IMG/VR virus record: IMGVR_UViG_3300032770_000019
Span: 1-64,000 of that record
DNA from: a virus
Strand: one strand, 5' to 3'
Length of the DNA: 64,000 nt
The notes under the pieces are model-generated. The model did no database searches. It saw nothing but the letters and a program-made list of their open reading frames with translations, and was not told the origin of the DNA. Position 1 is the first letter of the stretch, and each line of letters opens with the position of its first letter. Of the stretch, positions 36,749 through 45,767 are shown one piece after another. Position numbers and translations under genes: made by a program.

Positions 36749-36813
36749 TCCTTGAACGTCCGGCTCAAACGGACCTTCCTGAGACATGCCCGTCTGAGCC
36801 GGACCTTGAGGGG
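36749..36813 (+). other. structured intergenic element, family copy 3
   Basis: tccttgaac-gtccggctcaaacgg...ccgtctgagccggac-cttgaggga. Confidence 0.75.
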
Positions 36814-36822
36814 AGAGTTACG

Positions 36823-37215
36823 TTGCTAACACGTTTTGTTATCGGAGTAGATCCCGGTGGAGTATACACCGGTATAGCAGTATACAACGTAGAAGATCGA
36901 AGGTTCATTATCCACGGAGAATATGTCGAGCCGGACTCGGTGTGGAGTATCATTTGTCGATATCCGCGTTCGCAAACGCGGGTACTCGTAGAGGACTTTC
37001 GCGGATCGGGAAGGCTTACTAAATATCGTAAGCGCACCATAGCAGTTCTCGGTTTTATCTACTGGAGCTGTAAGTACAACGGAATAGCAGTTGCGATGGT
37101 TATGCCGGATGCTCGATTGTCGAACGTTAGCAACGTACCGGCTGACATTCGAGGTAAGGACGAAATTGCGGCAGCAGCTCACGTACTTAGTTACCTAGAG
37201 AGGAACAATGTATAG
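36823..37215 (+). CDS. RuvC-like resolvase
   Basis: VIGVDPGG..TGIA, VEDF, DEIAAAAH. Confidence 0.7.
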   Translation: MLTRFVIGVDPGGVYTGIAVYNVEDRRFIIHGEYVEPDSVWSIICRYPRSQTRVLVEDFRGSGRLTKYRKRTIAVLGFIYWSCKYNGIAVAMVMPDARLSNVSNVPADIRGKDEIAAAAHVLSYLERNNV

Positions 37216-37627
37216 CATCAGCAAGGAGTTTGCGTTTAGCGCGGCTCATCGCTTGGATAAGCTACCAGCGGATCATCCGTGTTCACGCATTCACGGACAT
37301 AACTACGTCGTAACGGTAGTGCTAGCCCAAGCACGTGTAATGCCGCTGGAAGGTTGGATTCGTGACTTCGGTGACCTTGACAAGTTCAAGGACCATATCG
37401 ATACGTACTTCGACCACCGCTGGCTAGGACACGGTACGCTACTCGACGGAGATCCGGTTACTTCCGGAGATGGAACGTACACTACGCCAGCGATAGGCTT
37501 CAATCCGACAGCCGAGAACCTGGCCAAGCACTTCTATGACATAGCAAGAGATACCTATCCGGAAACGTGGAAGGTAGGCGTAAGCGAAACGCCTAAGACG
37601 ATTGCGTGGTATAGCAATGGCGCGTGA
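37208..37627 (+). CDS. queD: 6-carboxytetrahydropterin synthase
   Basis: FSAAHRL, CSRIHGHNY, PTAENLA, VSET. Confidence 0.93.
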   Translation: MYSISKEFAFSAAHRLDKLPADHPCSRIHGHNYVVTVVLAQARVMPLEGWIRDFGDLDKFKDHIDTYFDHRWLGHGTLLDGDPVTSGDGTYTTPAIGFNPTAENLAKHFYDIARDTYPETWKVGVSETPKTIAWYSNGA

Positions 37628-38378
37628 CTGGCTACTAGTTAGTGAGACGTTCTATACCCTACAAGGCGAAGGTCCGTCCAGCGGTACGCCTGCGTTCTTC
37701 GTTCGGCTAGGGTCGTGCGATCTATCGTGTAAGTGGTGCGATACTCCGTACACGTGGGCATTCGGCGACAAGGCCGAGCTGCACGAAAGCGGTAAGCGTT
37801 ACACGCCACTTGAAGAGCTCGGTCGGGTACAGATCCTCGATGCTGTTAGCGAGATTCGTACACGTAAGCCTCCGCTGGTCGTTATTACCGGTGGCGAGCC
37901 GTTGCTGCAACTCGAATCGGTTGCGGTACTCGTCAGCGCGTGTAACGAAGAACCGAACGGTCCGCGCTTCGAAATCGAGACGGCAGGTACGCACGCACCG
38001 TACGAGCTCGGAGTATTCGAAAACGTAAGCTTCAACGTATCGCCTAAGCTACGTTCCAGCGGTAACTCGGTCGAAAAGGCCTATAAGCCGGACGTGCTTG
38101 AAGCCTACTGCGGCCTTAAGAATCGAGTCCGCTGGAAGTTCGTACCTGAAACGCGTTTCGGTAGCTCCGCCGAGCTCGTTAGGGATATAGGCGAAATCGA
38201 AACTATCGTAGAAACGCACCGCATCGCACCTGGGGACGTATGGCTAATGCCGTGCGCCACGACCATCGAAGAGCTTGATCGAGGGCTGAAACTCCTTGCA
38301 CCTGTAGTACTGGCACGCCACTGGAATCTCACCGATCGTACACATATCCGTATTTGGGGTAACTCGCGTGGACACTGA
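37617..38378 (+). CDS. queE: 7-carboxy-7-deazaguanine synthase (radical SAM)
   Basis: TLQGEG, CDLSCKWCDT, ITGGEP, IETAG, VSPK. Confidence 0.93.
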   Translation: MARDWLLVSETFYTLQGEGPSSGTPAFFVRLGSCDLSCKWCDTPYTWAFGDKAELHESGKRYTPLEELGRVQILDAVSEIRTRKPPLVVITGGEPLLQLESVAVLVSACNEEPNGPRFEIETAGTHAPYELGVFENVSFNVSPKLRSSGNSVEKAYKPDVLEAYCGLKNRVRWKFVPETRFGSSAELVRDIGEIETIVETHRIAPGDVWLMPCATTIEELDRGLKLLAPVVLARHWNLTDRTHIRIWGNSRGH

Positions 38379-38928
38379 TAAGCTAGAAAAGGCCGTACAG
38401 TCCATTCTAAAAGAGCTCGGTTACAAGCCCGATGAGCACATGAAACGGACGCCTGCTCGCGTAGCTGAATGGCTGATGGACTTCGAAGCAGTCGATCTAA
38501 ATGGCGCCGGTCGCATACTCGAAGTGGTATTTCCCGAGAACGTCCCCGGCTCGCTAGTTATCGTTGGACCGGTAGAGTATCGCTCACTATGTGCGCACCA
38601 TCTCTTGCCGGTAAACGGTAAAGCGTGGGTTGGTTACCTTCCGGACGACGGTATCTGCGGCCTATCCAAGCTGGCGCGCTTGGTCGAATACTTCGCGACA
38701 AGGCTTACCGTTCAGGAACGCGTAACGAATCAGATCGCCGATGCGATTGAAGAGTTCCTTAAGCCGAAAGGTTGCATGGTCGTTGTTAGTGCTACGCATA
38801 TGTGCATGAGCTTCCGAGGAGTTCGTGACGGAGATGCGTCCACCGTTACCAGCGCAGTACGTGGCGTTCACGAGACAAGTGACAACGCACGAAGCGAATT
38901 TCTTTCGCTAATGAAAGGATACCGATGA
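38368..38928 (+). CDS. folE: GTP cyclohydrolase I
   Basis: TPARVA, SLCAHHLLP, GLSKLAR, QERVT, HMCMSFRG. Confidence 0.93.
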   Translation: MDTDKLEKAVQSILKELGYKPDEHMKRTPARVAEWLMDFEAVDLNGAGRILEVVFPENVPGSLVIVGPVEYRSLCAHHLLPVNGKAWVGYLPDDGICGLSKLARLVEYFATRLTVQERVTNQIADAIEEFLKPKGCMVVVSATHMCMSFRGVRDGDASTVTSAVRGVHETSDNARSEFLSLMKGYR

Positions 38929-39725
38929 AGCTGTCGCACCTGGTTCCAACGTCGATGCTGAGCGAGCTACCGGAACAACAGACAACGCATCTAGCGCTGG
39001 CGAATCTGATAACGGATGACGAAGAGTATCGAGACTTCTACTGTCGGCTAGTAACCAGCGGACATACGGTCATTCTCGATTACCCGGCTCACGAACGTCT
39101 CGATATCGATCTTGAGCAGTGGTTGGGTGCCGTTGAGATTCTACGACCTTCCGCAGTCGTCCTACCGGACAGTATCGACAGCGCGGACGAAACGCTACTA
39201 CAAGCGGGTATAGCAATTCGCATGCTGCTTCGAAAGACGCTTAACCAGACACCGGAGTATATCGGAGTACCGCACGGTAAAACGCAGAAGGAGTACCTCG
39301 CGTGCGCCGAAAAGCTATGGCGATACGGCTGCCGCTGGTTCGGTATCTCTCTCGAACGGCAACTAAGCGATGCGGACGCTCTAAATCTTCGACAGCAGCG
39401 ACTCGAAGGACTACTTACTAATACGTATACGAAAACCTCAAAGTATCACCTCCTCGGTATCTCGGAGACAGCTAGCGAGCTTATCGACCCGTTCTTTCAG
39501 GAGCATTGCGGAACGGCGGATGCTTCGAAATTCGCTGTCTGGTGGCTAACCAGCTGGGATAGTGCCGTTCCGTATCCGAAGGACGTTCCGATAAACCGTC
39601 CGTATCCGGGGCGTAAAGCCCTTGGCGGAAGCGTAGATTACTTCAACTACTGCGGGGTAAGTACCGGACTCCAGTGGTATCTGGAGCGGTGGTCCGTCTT
39701 CGCTGAGAAAGGTGAACCTGAGTGA
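38925..39725 (+). CDS. divergent TGT/DpdA-like protein
   Basis: Between folE and queC; VILD, VVLPD, GVPHG, HLLG and D.S motifs recall guanine transglycosylases. Confidence 0.55.
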   Translation: MKLSHLVPTSMLSELPEQQTTHLALANLITDDEEYRDFYCRLVTSGHTVILDYPAHERLDIDLEQWLGAVEILRPSAVVLPDSIDSADETLLQAGIAIRMLLRKTLNQTPEYIGVPHGKTQKEYLACAEKLWRYGCRWFGISLERQLSDADALNLRQQRLEGLLTNTYTKTSKYHLLGISETASELIDPFFQEHCGTADASKFAVWWLTSWDSAVPYPKDVPINRPYPGRKALGGSVDYFNYCGVSTGLQWYLERWSVFAEKGEPE

Positions 39726-41032
39726 GTGGTATTTTTGCGAATCTAATTAGGACAGACGATGCCGGTATTCGCCACGACACGTTTATGCAAATTAAGCGTA
39801 GCGGAGATCGCGGTCGCGACGGACTCGGACTAGTTACCATTCGTGACGGTGAAATCGCCGAAGATCGCTCAATTGAAAGAAAAGCTTCAACGCTTCGCGA
39901 GCCCGGCTTTTCGACCAAATTCGACGGTACAGCATCGCAGCTAATCGGCTGCGCGTATAGTGGCGACTATGCTAATTCGTTTAAGAAAGCCGAATCCGTT
40001 CCGCCGTTCGTTAGTTACGATCGCACTTGGGTCGTTTCGCTAGACGGTATCGTAGTCGGCCTTACCGGTCAGCAAGTAGCTGATACGCTTAGTCGTGACG
40101 GGTTCTCCTGCCTTCACGACTTCAAAGGACAGTTCGCGCTACTAGCGTTTCACGTTTCGCAGCCCAACCGTATCTACTTCGCGAATACGTCCAAGCCACT
40201 TTACGGTCTGTATGATTCGCTAGGTCGAGTCGTACGAGTAGCCAGCCAGCGGAAGTACTTCGAAAGCTTTTACCACCCGACGCGTTCACCGCAGCCGTTC
40301 GAGATGGGTCCGAATCTCTACGGAATGCTAAGCAGCGAGGGTATACTGTCTACGTACCCGCTACCCGTAGAGAAAGGTAGCGGCTCGCTGATACTGTGCG
40401 GAGGTGGCCTGGATAGCCTAGTAGCTTCGTACGACGTAGCCGCACGTTTTCCCGATGAGCCACTAGCGTTGCTATTCTTCGACTACGGTCAGCGAGCAGC
40501 CGTACCCGAGTGGAAAGCTACGTGCGAAATTGCACACGCACTCGGTAAGCTACCCGGAGCAGTACAGCATCCGCTGCCATCCTTTAGCCATACCACACTG
40601 GTCGAAGGTAATATCGAAACGACTCCGGTAGCGGGTGTGCCGTCCGAATGGTGTCCCGCACGGAATACGGTACTGATGGCGCACGCACTTAGCTATGCCG
40701 AGGCAGGTAACTACGCTCGTATCGTAACCGGTATTAACGCTACAGCGGCCGATGCGTATGCAGACAACGAGAAGGAATGGCTTAACAAGTGTCGCTCGCT
40801 GGTTCCGTATGCCGTAAACGATCGTAGTATCGATCTTGTTGCGCCTCTCGAGAATCTAACTAAGACGGAGATCGTTAAGCTCGGGAAGGTGCTAAAGGTA
40901 CCGTGGACCAGCTGGAGTTGCTACGGGGGCGGAGAAAAACACTGCGGGGAATGCTCAAGCTGTCGAGCTCGTAGAGCGGCGTTCCGAGGCGCAGGCGTAA
41001 AAGACTCTACCGAATACGAGTACACGCCATGA
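39722..41032 (+). CDS. queC: GATase-like domain fused to QueC (preQ0 synthase)
   Basis: N-terminal SGI..RGRDG.G (class II GATase-like); GGLDS, DYGQR, PARN, SCY...CGECSSC. Confidence 0.88.
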   Translation: MSGIFANLIRTDDAGIRHDTFMQIKRSGDRGRDGLGLVTIRDGEIAEDRSIERKASTLREPGFSTKFDGTASQLIGCAYSGDYANSFKKAESVPPFVSYDRTWVVSLDGIVVGLTGQQVADTLSRDGFSCLHDFKGQFALLAFHVSQPNRIYFANTSKPLYGLYDSLGRVVRVASQRKYFESFYHPTRSPQPFEMGPNLYGMLSSEGILSTYPLPVEKGSGSLILCGGGLDSLVASYDVAARFPDEPLALLFFDYGQRAAVPEWKATCEIAHALGKLPGAVQHPLPSFSHTTLVEGNIETTPVAGVPSEWCPARNTVLMAHALSYAEAGNYARIVTGINATAADAYADNEKEWLNKCRSLVPYAVNDRSIDLVAPLENLTKTEIVKLGKVLKVPWTSWSCYGGGEKHCGECSSCRARRAAFRGAGVKDSTEYEYTP

Positions 41033-41223
41033 TATGTCGCGTATGCTGTCTTTCAGACGACCATAGCAGCTGTCCCGGCGGTACCTGGTGCGATTGTCAG
41101 CACATGCCGAGATCAGCTAAGCTCGTCTTGCCGGTAAGCAAGAAATCGGTTACAATGGTAGTAACCGGCACAATTAGTAGTGAGAACGCAGGGATTGCCC
41201 TAGGTGAAACGAACACTAAGTAA
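41029..41223 (+). CDS. small Cys-rich protein
   Basis: MICRVC...CPGGTWCDCQH. Confidence 0.5.
   Translation: MICRVCCLSDDHSSCPGGTWCDCQHMPRSAKLVLPVSKKSVTMVVTGTISSENAGIALGETNTK
41128..41156 (+). promoter_or_regulatory. promoter TTGCCG-N17-TACAAT upstream of polymerase
   Basis: AAATCGG before -10 as in sister promoters. Confidence 0.55.
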
Positions 41224-43735
41224 CGGTTGTCACGGCTGTCCTTGGATACCGGGTAAGGGTCGAGGATGGTGCGGCGGTAGCGGACCAGCGAAGGCACGCT
41301 TGGTTATCGTTGGCGAGGGTCCCGGAGATACCGAAACCGTTACCGGTCGTCCTTTTAGCGGTAAGTCAGGCGAGCTGCTGAACGCAACGCTAAAAAAATG
41401 CGACATTAAGCGAAGTGAGTGCTATGGCACGAATTCGGTGCAGTGCAATATCAAGCCGAACTCCGCAGAGCTGGCTAGTTGCCGTCCTAGGCTTATCGAA
41501 GAAATAAAGGCCAGGGGTCCTTCGCTGGTACTTGTCCTAGGAAAGATTGCGTGGCAGCAGCTCAGTGGCTCACGAGAAGCCCTCACAAACGTAATCGGAA
41601 CGCTATGGTGGCAGGAAGATATCGGTGTATGGCTCATACCGACCTGGCACCCAGCGGCCATCCTTCGGGGAGGTGGCGGTGACACGCGCTTTCCGGACTT
41701 CGCTAATGCGATATACCGTGCATCGCGCTTCCTCTCGGGTGCTGAGGACCTACCTGATCCGAGTCCGAAGGTACCGTTCCCTTGGACGTTTTTCCGTACT
41801 CCCGAAGGTGCAATAAAGGCATTCAAGTACTTTGAGCGACAGGCTGAACTTTACGGCAGACTGACAATTGCCGCGGACACTGAATCCCAATCACCGGGCC
41901 GCTGGCCACACCCGGAAAGCGACCGCTGGCTGATGCATCAGATGTACGACGGAAAGAGGGCCTGTGCAATCGATATCACCGCACAAAACGAACGCAGCAC
42001 AGCCTATCTACGTCGCCTACTTGCCAATAAGCGTATCATTTGGACGATGCATAACGGTGCAGCTTACGACCTCCGAGTCTTTCGTCATAATCTCGGAATG
42101 TGTCCTCCGGATGATAACGTACGGGATACTATGGTCCTGGGTATTGGCTTGTCGGAACGCAAACAGGCAATCGGTCTCGAGCCACTATCGCGAGTTTACC
42201 TCAACGCACCTGCGTACAAAAAGGCCCTCAAGAACAGTGGCTACCGACATGCTAAAGGCCCGCAAAACGAGCAGCAGTGGCGATTCCTAGCGCGCTATGG
42301 CGTTGAAGACGTCTATCTCGGTTGGCACCTCAATCGGGTACTTCCCGCCATAGTTCGTGAAGAAGGCACGATGGGCCTGTGCCGTAACGTTCTTATGCCG
42401 CTGGCATTGACGTGCGGTCGAATAGCCGGTCGTGGCTTCGAAATAGATATGAAACAATTGCATAAGCTAAACGAGCTTTGGGGAGGAAAGGCAGCTGAGC
42501 TCACGGGGGAACTGCAAGAGCTGGCTACTGAAGCTGGCTGGCCTCTCTACCCGGAGATCGCTAAGGCGAAAGACGGGTTGTTTAATCCTCGTAGTCACCT
42601 ACAGTTGGCTCATTTGGCGTACGATGTACTTGAGCTCAGCCCGACCGATGGTACAACTAATAGAAAGTACACTTCTAAGTGGGACGGCGGTCGTAGTCTT
42701 CGTAGCGTGGATCAAGATTTCTTGATGGGACACTCCGACACTAAGATGTGTCAGTTGATGTCGCGATTGCGTACCTACGATAAGCTGCACCGAACATACG
42801 TTAAGACCATTGAGCGAGAGGTAGCTCTCGATCCTAACGGCCTAATTCATCCCGACTTTAAGTATGGTGATACGGTAACGGGTAGGCTGGTAGTTAGACC
42901 GCTACTTCAAGTGCTACCGCATTACGGAGCTCATAGCCAGCTGGCAGATGAGGACTTCGCACAAGAAACACGAAGAATGTTCCCGGCGAGAAAGGGTTAC
43001 GTAATCGTTTCAGCTGACTTTAAGCAGCTGGAAATGAGGATAGCATGGGCACTCAGTGGCGACACGAAACTCGGAATTGCGCTGTCCAGCGGAGACGTTC
43101 ACGCGAACACCGCTTCGTATATGTTCCGCAAGCCAAAAGAAACGGTTACCAGCGGAGACCGTCATGCTGCGAAGCGGGTCTCCTTCGGTGTTGCCTACAA
43201 CCGCAGTGCTTTTACGCTTGCGCGTGGTCCGCTGCTGGAGGTCTTGGGTGGCGTTGACGTATCCGAACATGTCCGTCAGGCGAAGGCACAGCAGTATATT
43301 GACGCGTTCTGGGACGGGTATCCGGACTACTATGCGTACCACCAGTGGTGCAAGGAGGAAGCACTCCGTACCCGTGAACTGACCACGCCATTCGGTAGAA
43401 AGCGCCGCTGGGGACTAATTACGGATGAAACTCGGCGAGAGATTGAGAATCAGGCGGTAAACTTCCCGATTCAGAGCACCGCTGGAGATATGTGCTCGAT
43501 GTCCCTTGTACGGTGTGAAAAGGAGCTCGGAAGGCGCAAGCTCGGCTTTCCGTTGTACACAGTTCACGATGAAGTAGTATTCGAGCTTAAGATCGCAACG
43601 CTACCGCAGGCGCTTCGAGTAATCACCGACGTAATGACCGACCCGCCATTCGATGCCGGTGATGCGCAGTTCCCGATCGACATAAAGGTAGGCCCGAACC
43701 TAGGCGACCTAGAGCCGTGGACCGGAGTGCTATGA
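41204..43735 (+). CDS. family A DNA polymerase with N-terminal family-4 UDG domain and 3'-5' exonuclease
   Basis: CxxCP, VGEGPG, GRPF, HPAAILR (UDG); DTE, YD (exo); ADFKQLEMR, AKRVSFGVAY, NFPIQS, VHDE (PolA). Confidence 0.92.
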   Translation: MKRTLSNGCHGCPWIPGKGRGWCGGSGPAKARLVIVGEGPGDTETVTGRPFSGKSGELLNATLKKCDIKRSECYGTNSVQCNIKPNSAELASCRPRLIEEIKARGPSLVLVLGKIAWQQLSGSREALTNVIGTLWWQEDIGVWLIPTWHPAAILRGGGGDTRFPDFANAIYRASRFLSGAEDLPDPSPKVPFPWTFFRTPEGAIKAFKYFERQAELYGRLTIAADTESQSPGRWPHPESDRWLMHQMYDGKRACAIDITAQNERSTAYLRRLLANKRIIWTMHNGAAYDLRVFRHNLGMCPPDDNVRDTMVLGIGLSERKQAIGLEPLSRVYLNAPAYKKALKNSGYRHAKGPQNEQQWRFLARYGVEDVYLGWHLNRVLPAIVREEGTMGLCRNVLMPLALTCGRIAGRGFEIDMKQLHKLNELWGGKAAELTGELQELATEAGWPLYPEIAKAKDGLFNPRSHLQLAHLAYDVLELSPTDGTTNRKYTSKWDGGRSLRSVDQDFLMGHSDTKMCQLMSRLRTYDKLHRTYVKTIEREVALDPNGLIHPDFKYGDTVTGRLVVRPLLQVLPHYGAHSQLADEDFAQETRRMFPARKGYVIVSADFKQLEMRIAWALSGDTKLGIALSSGDVHANTASYMFRKPKETVTSGDRHAAKRVSFGVAYNRSAFTLARGPLLEVLGGVDVSEHVRQAKAQQYIDAFWDGYPDYYAYHQWCKEEALRTRELTTPFGRKRRWGLITDETRREIENQAVNFPIQSTAGDMCSMSLVRCEKELGRRKLGFPLYTVHDEVVFELKIATLPQALRVITDVMTDPPFDAGDAQFPIDIKVGPNLGDLEPWTGVL

Positions 43736-43926
43736 TCTATACGACACAGGAAGGCGTATGGCATAATCACCGCAAGTGTCAGTGGGAGTATATGAGTCGG
43801 GCTGGACAGTGCGTAGCGTGGATAACGGATGAGATGCTGTATCGTGCCGTTCCGGAGATGCTGCTACAGCATCATAGCCACGTAATCCGGGCTATTGCGA
43901 GAGAGGCATTTCATGGACTGGTTTGA
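43732..43926 (+). CDS. hypothetical protein
   Basis: ATGA overlap with pol. Confidence 0.4.
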   Translation: MIYTTQEGVWHNHRKCQWEYMSRAGQCVAWITDEMLYRAVPEMLLQHHSHVIRAIAREAFHGLV

Positions 43927-44452
43927 CGTAATAGCAGACAAGCGAGTGCCGCCAGGTCTTGCTATTCTAGTAAGTGGGGAGAGCGTTGTGGCGATGCAAG
44001 GGTATACTACAATTGAGCAGAGCGGCGAAGAAGTGTGGATACCGGCTCCGCTGGTTGATGCGATCAAGGTGATGGTCGGTACCTTCCAAGCGAAGAGCGC
44101 TGACTACTCGGACACCGATGATCAGTGGGATAGCAACTTTGCGATGACCGCTGAGCAGTTCGATCTTAATCGATACGAAGCATGCGAGTTTAACGTTGTT
44201 CAAAAGCTAGCGCGACTACGTGCCCTTAGGCGTAGAGGAACTGCTCCGGTAAACGAATCGGTAGAAGACACCTATCGTGACATGATGAACTACGCCACCT
44301 ACGCGTACGCACTTTACCTAGAGGAAACTGCGCCAAAACCCGCCAAAGTGGACACGCAGATCGAGCAGTATACCCTGCCCAAAGACCCAGCTCAGGACGC
44401 GGTCTCTCGGGGCGTGGACAGACATGCAGGTCACCAGACACCGACCACCTGA
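43913..44452 (+). CDS. nucleotide-modification-associated domain 1 (Nmad1/DUF1599-like) protein
   Basis: KSADY...SNF...KLARL...NESVEDTYRDMMNYA. Confidence 0.72.
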   Translation: MDWFDVIADKRVPPGLAILVSGESVVAMQGYTTIEQSGEEVWIPAPLVDAIKVMVGTFQAKSADYSDTDDQWDSNFAMTAEQFDLNRYEACEFNVVQKLARLRALRRRGTAPVNESVEDTYRDMMNYATYAYALYLEETAPKPAKVDTQIEQYTLPKDPAQDAVSRGVDRHAGHQTPTT

Positions 44453-44607
44453 GCTGGCGCGATGCAAACCACGTGCCCCGGGCAGGGTTCCTCCTGTAAC
44501 TGGTTGAACTCTCAACGATCCGGTACACCCGCGTCCAGCGGCATGTCAAGCGGTTCCAGCGTCTGTCTTGTCACAGCTCCCCGGGCATAAACCCGCGGTC
44601 TCCCCGT

Positions 44608-44635
44608 GTTGTACCAGTTGTACAACTGGAACAAC
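44608..44635. promoter_or_regulatory. 28-bp near-perfect palindrome (operator-like)
   Basis: gttgt-a-ccagttgtacaactgg-a-acaac. Confidence 0.6.
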
Positions 44636-44649
44636 GAAGGGATCATGAT

Positions 44650-45054
44650 ATGGCCACCATCCTCAGGACCGTAGAGGAAAAGGGTCACTGGACCGAAGGA
44701 ACCCCGGGACATTGGAAGCCGCTCCCTAAGGGTAAGCGGGAATGGGTCCCCGGGGAAGATCGCGAATGGGTCGTGGACGGCTACGAAACGGTCCGCGAGC
44801 AGGTCGTGAACCCGACAGCGGTTGGAAGCCGAAAGGGTTCCGTCACCAAGAAGCGCGTGGAAGCGTGGCAGAAGGGTACGGGAAGGCGTAACCGTTCCGC
44901 CTACCAGGCAAGGGCACTGGCATCCGCACAAGGTGTTCTCGCCCCCGCTAATACCCGGTACACCCGTGACCCGCAATCCGTGACCAAGCAGTACCTTCCC
45001 GGATTCGCAACCCTCAGCGAGGGCGATGTCGTCCCCGTAGTTTACCCGAGGTGA
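44650..45054 (+). CDS. hypothetical protein
   Basis: Repeated GHW/EWV motifs. Confidence 0.55.
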   Translation: MATILRTVEEKGHWTEGTPGHWKPLPKGKREWVPGEDREWVVDGYETVREQVVNPTAVGSRKGSVTKKRVEAWQKGTGRRNRSAYQARALASAQGVLAPANTRYTRDPQSVTKQYLPGFATLSEGDVVPVVYPR

Positions 45055-45058
45055 CCAA

Positions 45059-45268
45059 GTGAACATGAAGCGGCGCGAAAAGGTAATCCGCGAAGCCAAT
45101 GCGAAGTGGGCCGGAAAAGTACACCCCGGAACGCGATTCAGCACCGACTTCGAAACCGGTTGCGTGGCCATCGAAGAGCCCGATCAGTTCGGTTCGTTCG
45201 GTGCGCTGGACAGCGAGGGCGTGGAGTGCGGTTTCAGCCTCACGATGGTAAAGGAGATCGAGTCATGA
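45059..45268 (+). CDS. hypothetical protein
   Basis: SD GAGGTGA. Confidence 0.55.
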   Translation: MNMKRREKVIREANAKWAGKVHPGTRFSTDFETGCVAIEEPDQFGSFGALDSEGVECGFSLTMVKEIES

Positions 45269-45765
45269 ACGAGGTTACGCAGACCGCAGAAGATCGTGCA
45301 TTCAGCGCGTGGTACAAGAAGGAGTTCGGCCGTCCGGTCGACCCGTTCGATGACAACGTCAAGGTGTACCGCTCAGCGTGGGAGGGGAGCCGGAAGTACG
45401 CCGAAACGGTGATAAAGCGGCCCTCGGTTTACGCCACGCCGTGGGACTTCCAGCCGAATAGCTATGCCCGCAACCTCGAAGAGGCCACGGTTCAGAAGAT
45501 CGCAGAGGTCTACTGGTCCGTAGCTACTTCGAATAACAACGCGCTGGCGAGCTATCAAAGTCGCACGTACAAGGCAGCTAACAACGCGCTGGTCGCCGCC
45601 ATCGCTGAAGTATATCAGTTGCCGAACAAGAAGGCTCGTCAGGTGCGTAACCTGGTGAGCGAATACGGACCGCACGAGTCGTTGGTCGAAACGGGACATA
45701 CCACGGGCGTTCGCAGTTTCGTTGAAGCAGTTCGGGCGGACCCCGAAGCCGGAAAGGAGATCTGA
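45265..45765 (+). CDS. hypothetical protein
   Basis: SD AAGGAG; ATGA overlap. Confidence 0.6.
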   Translation: MNEVTQTAEDRAFSAWYKKEFGRPVDPFDDNVKVYRSAWEGSRKYAETVIKRPSVYATPWDFQPNSYARNLEEATVQKIAEVYWSVATSNNNALASYQSRTYKAANNALVAAIAEVYQLPNKKARQVRNLVSEYGPHESLVETGHTTGVRSFVEAVRADPEAGKEI

Positions 45766-45767
45766 CA

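Noticed and set aside
36663-37207. preQ1 riboswitch ahead of the que genes
   Set aside because: No preQ1-type hairpin with A-rich tail seen; queD overlaps the upstream resolvase gene.
44512-45171. 219-aa minus-strand ORF
   Set aside because: Overlaps + strand genes with good operon packing; no motifs.
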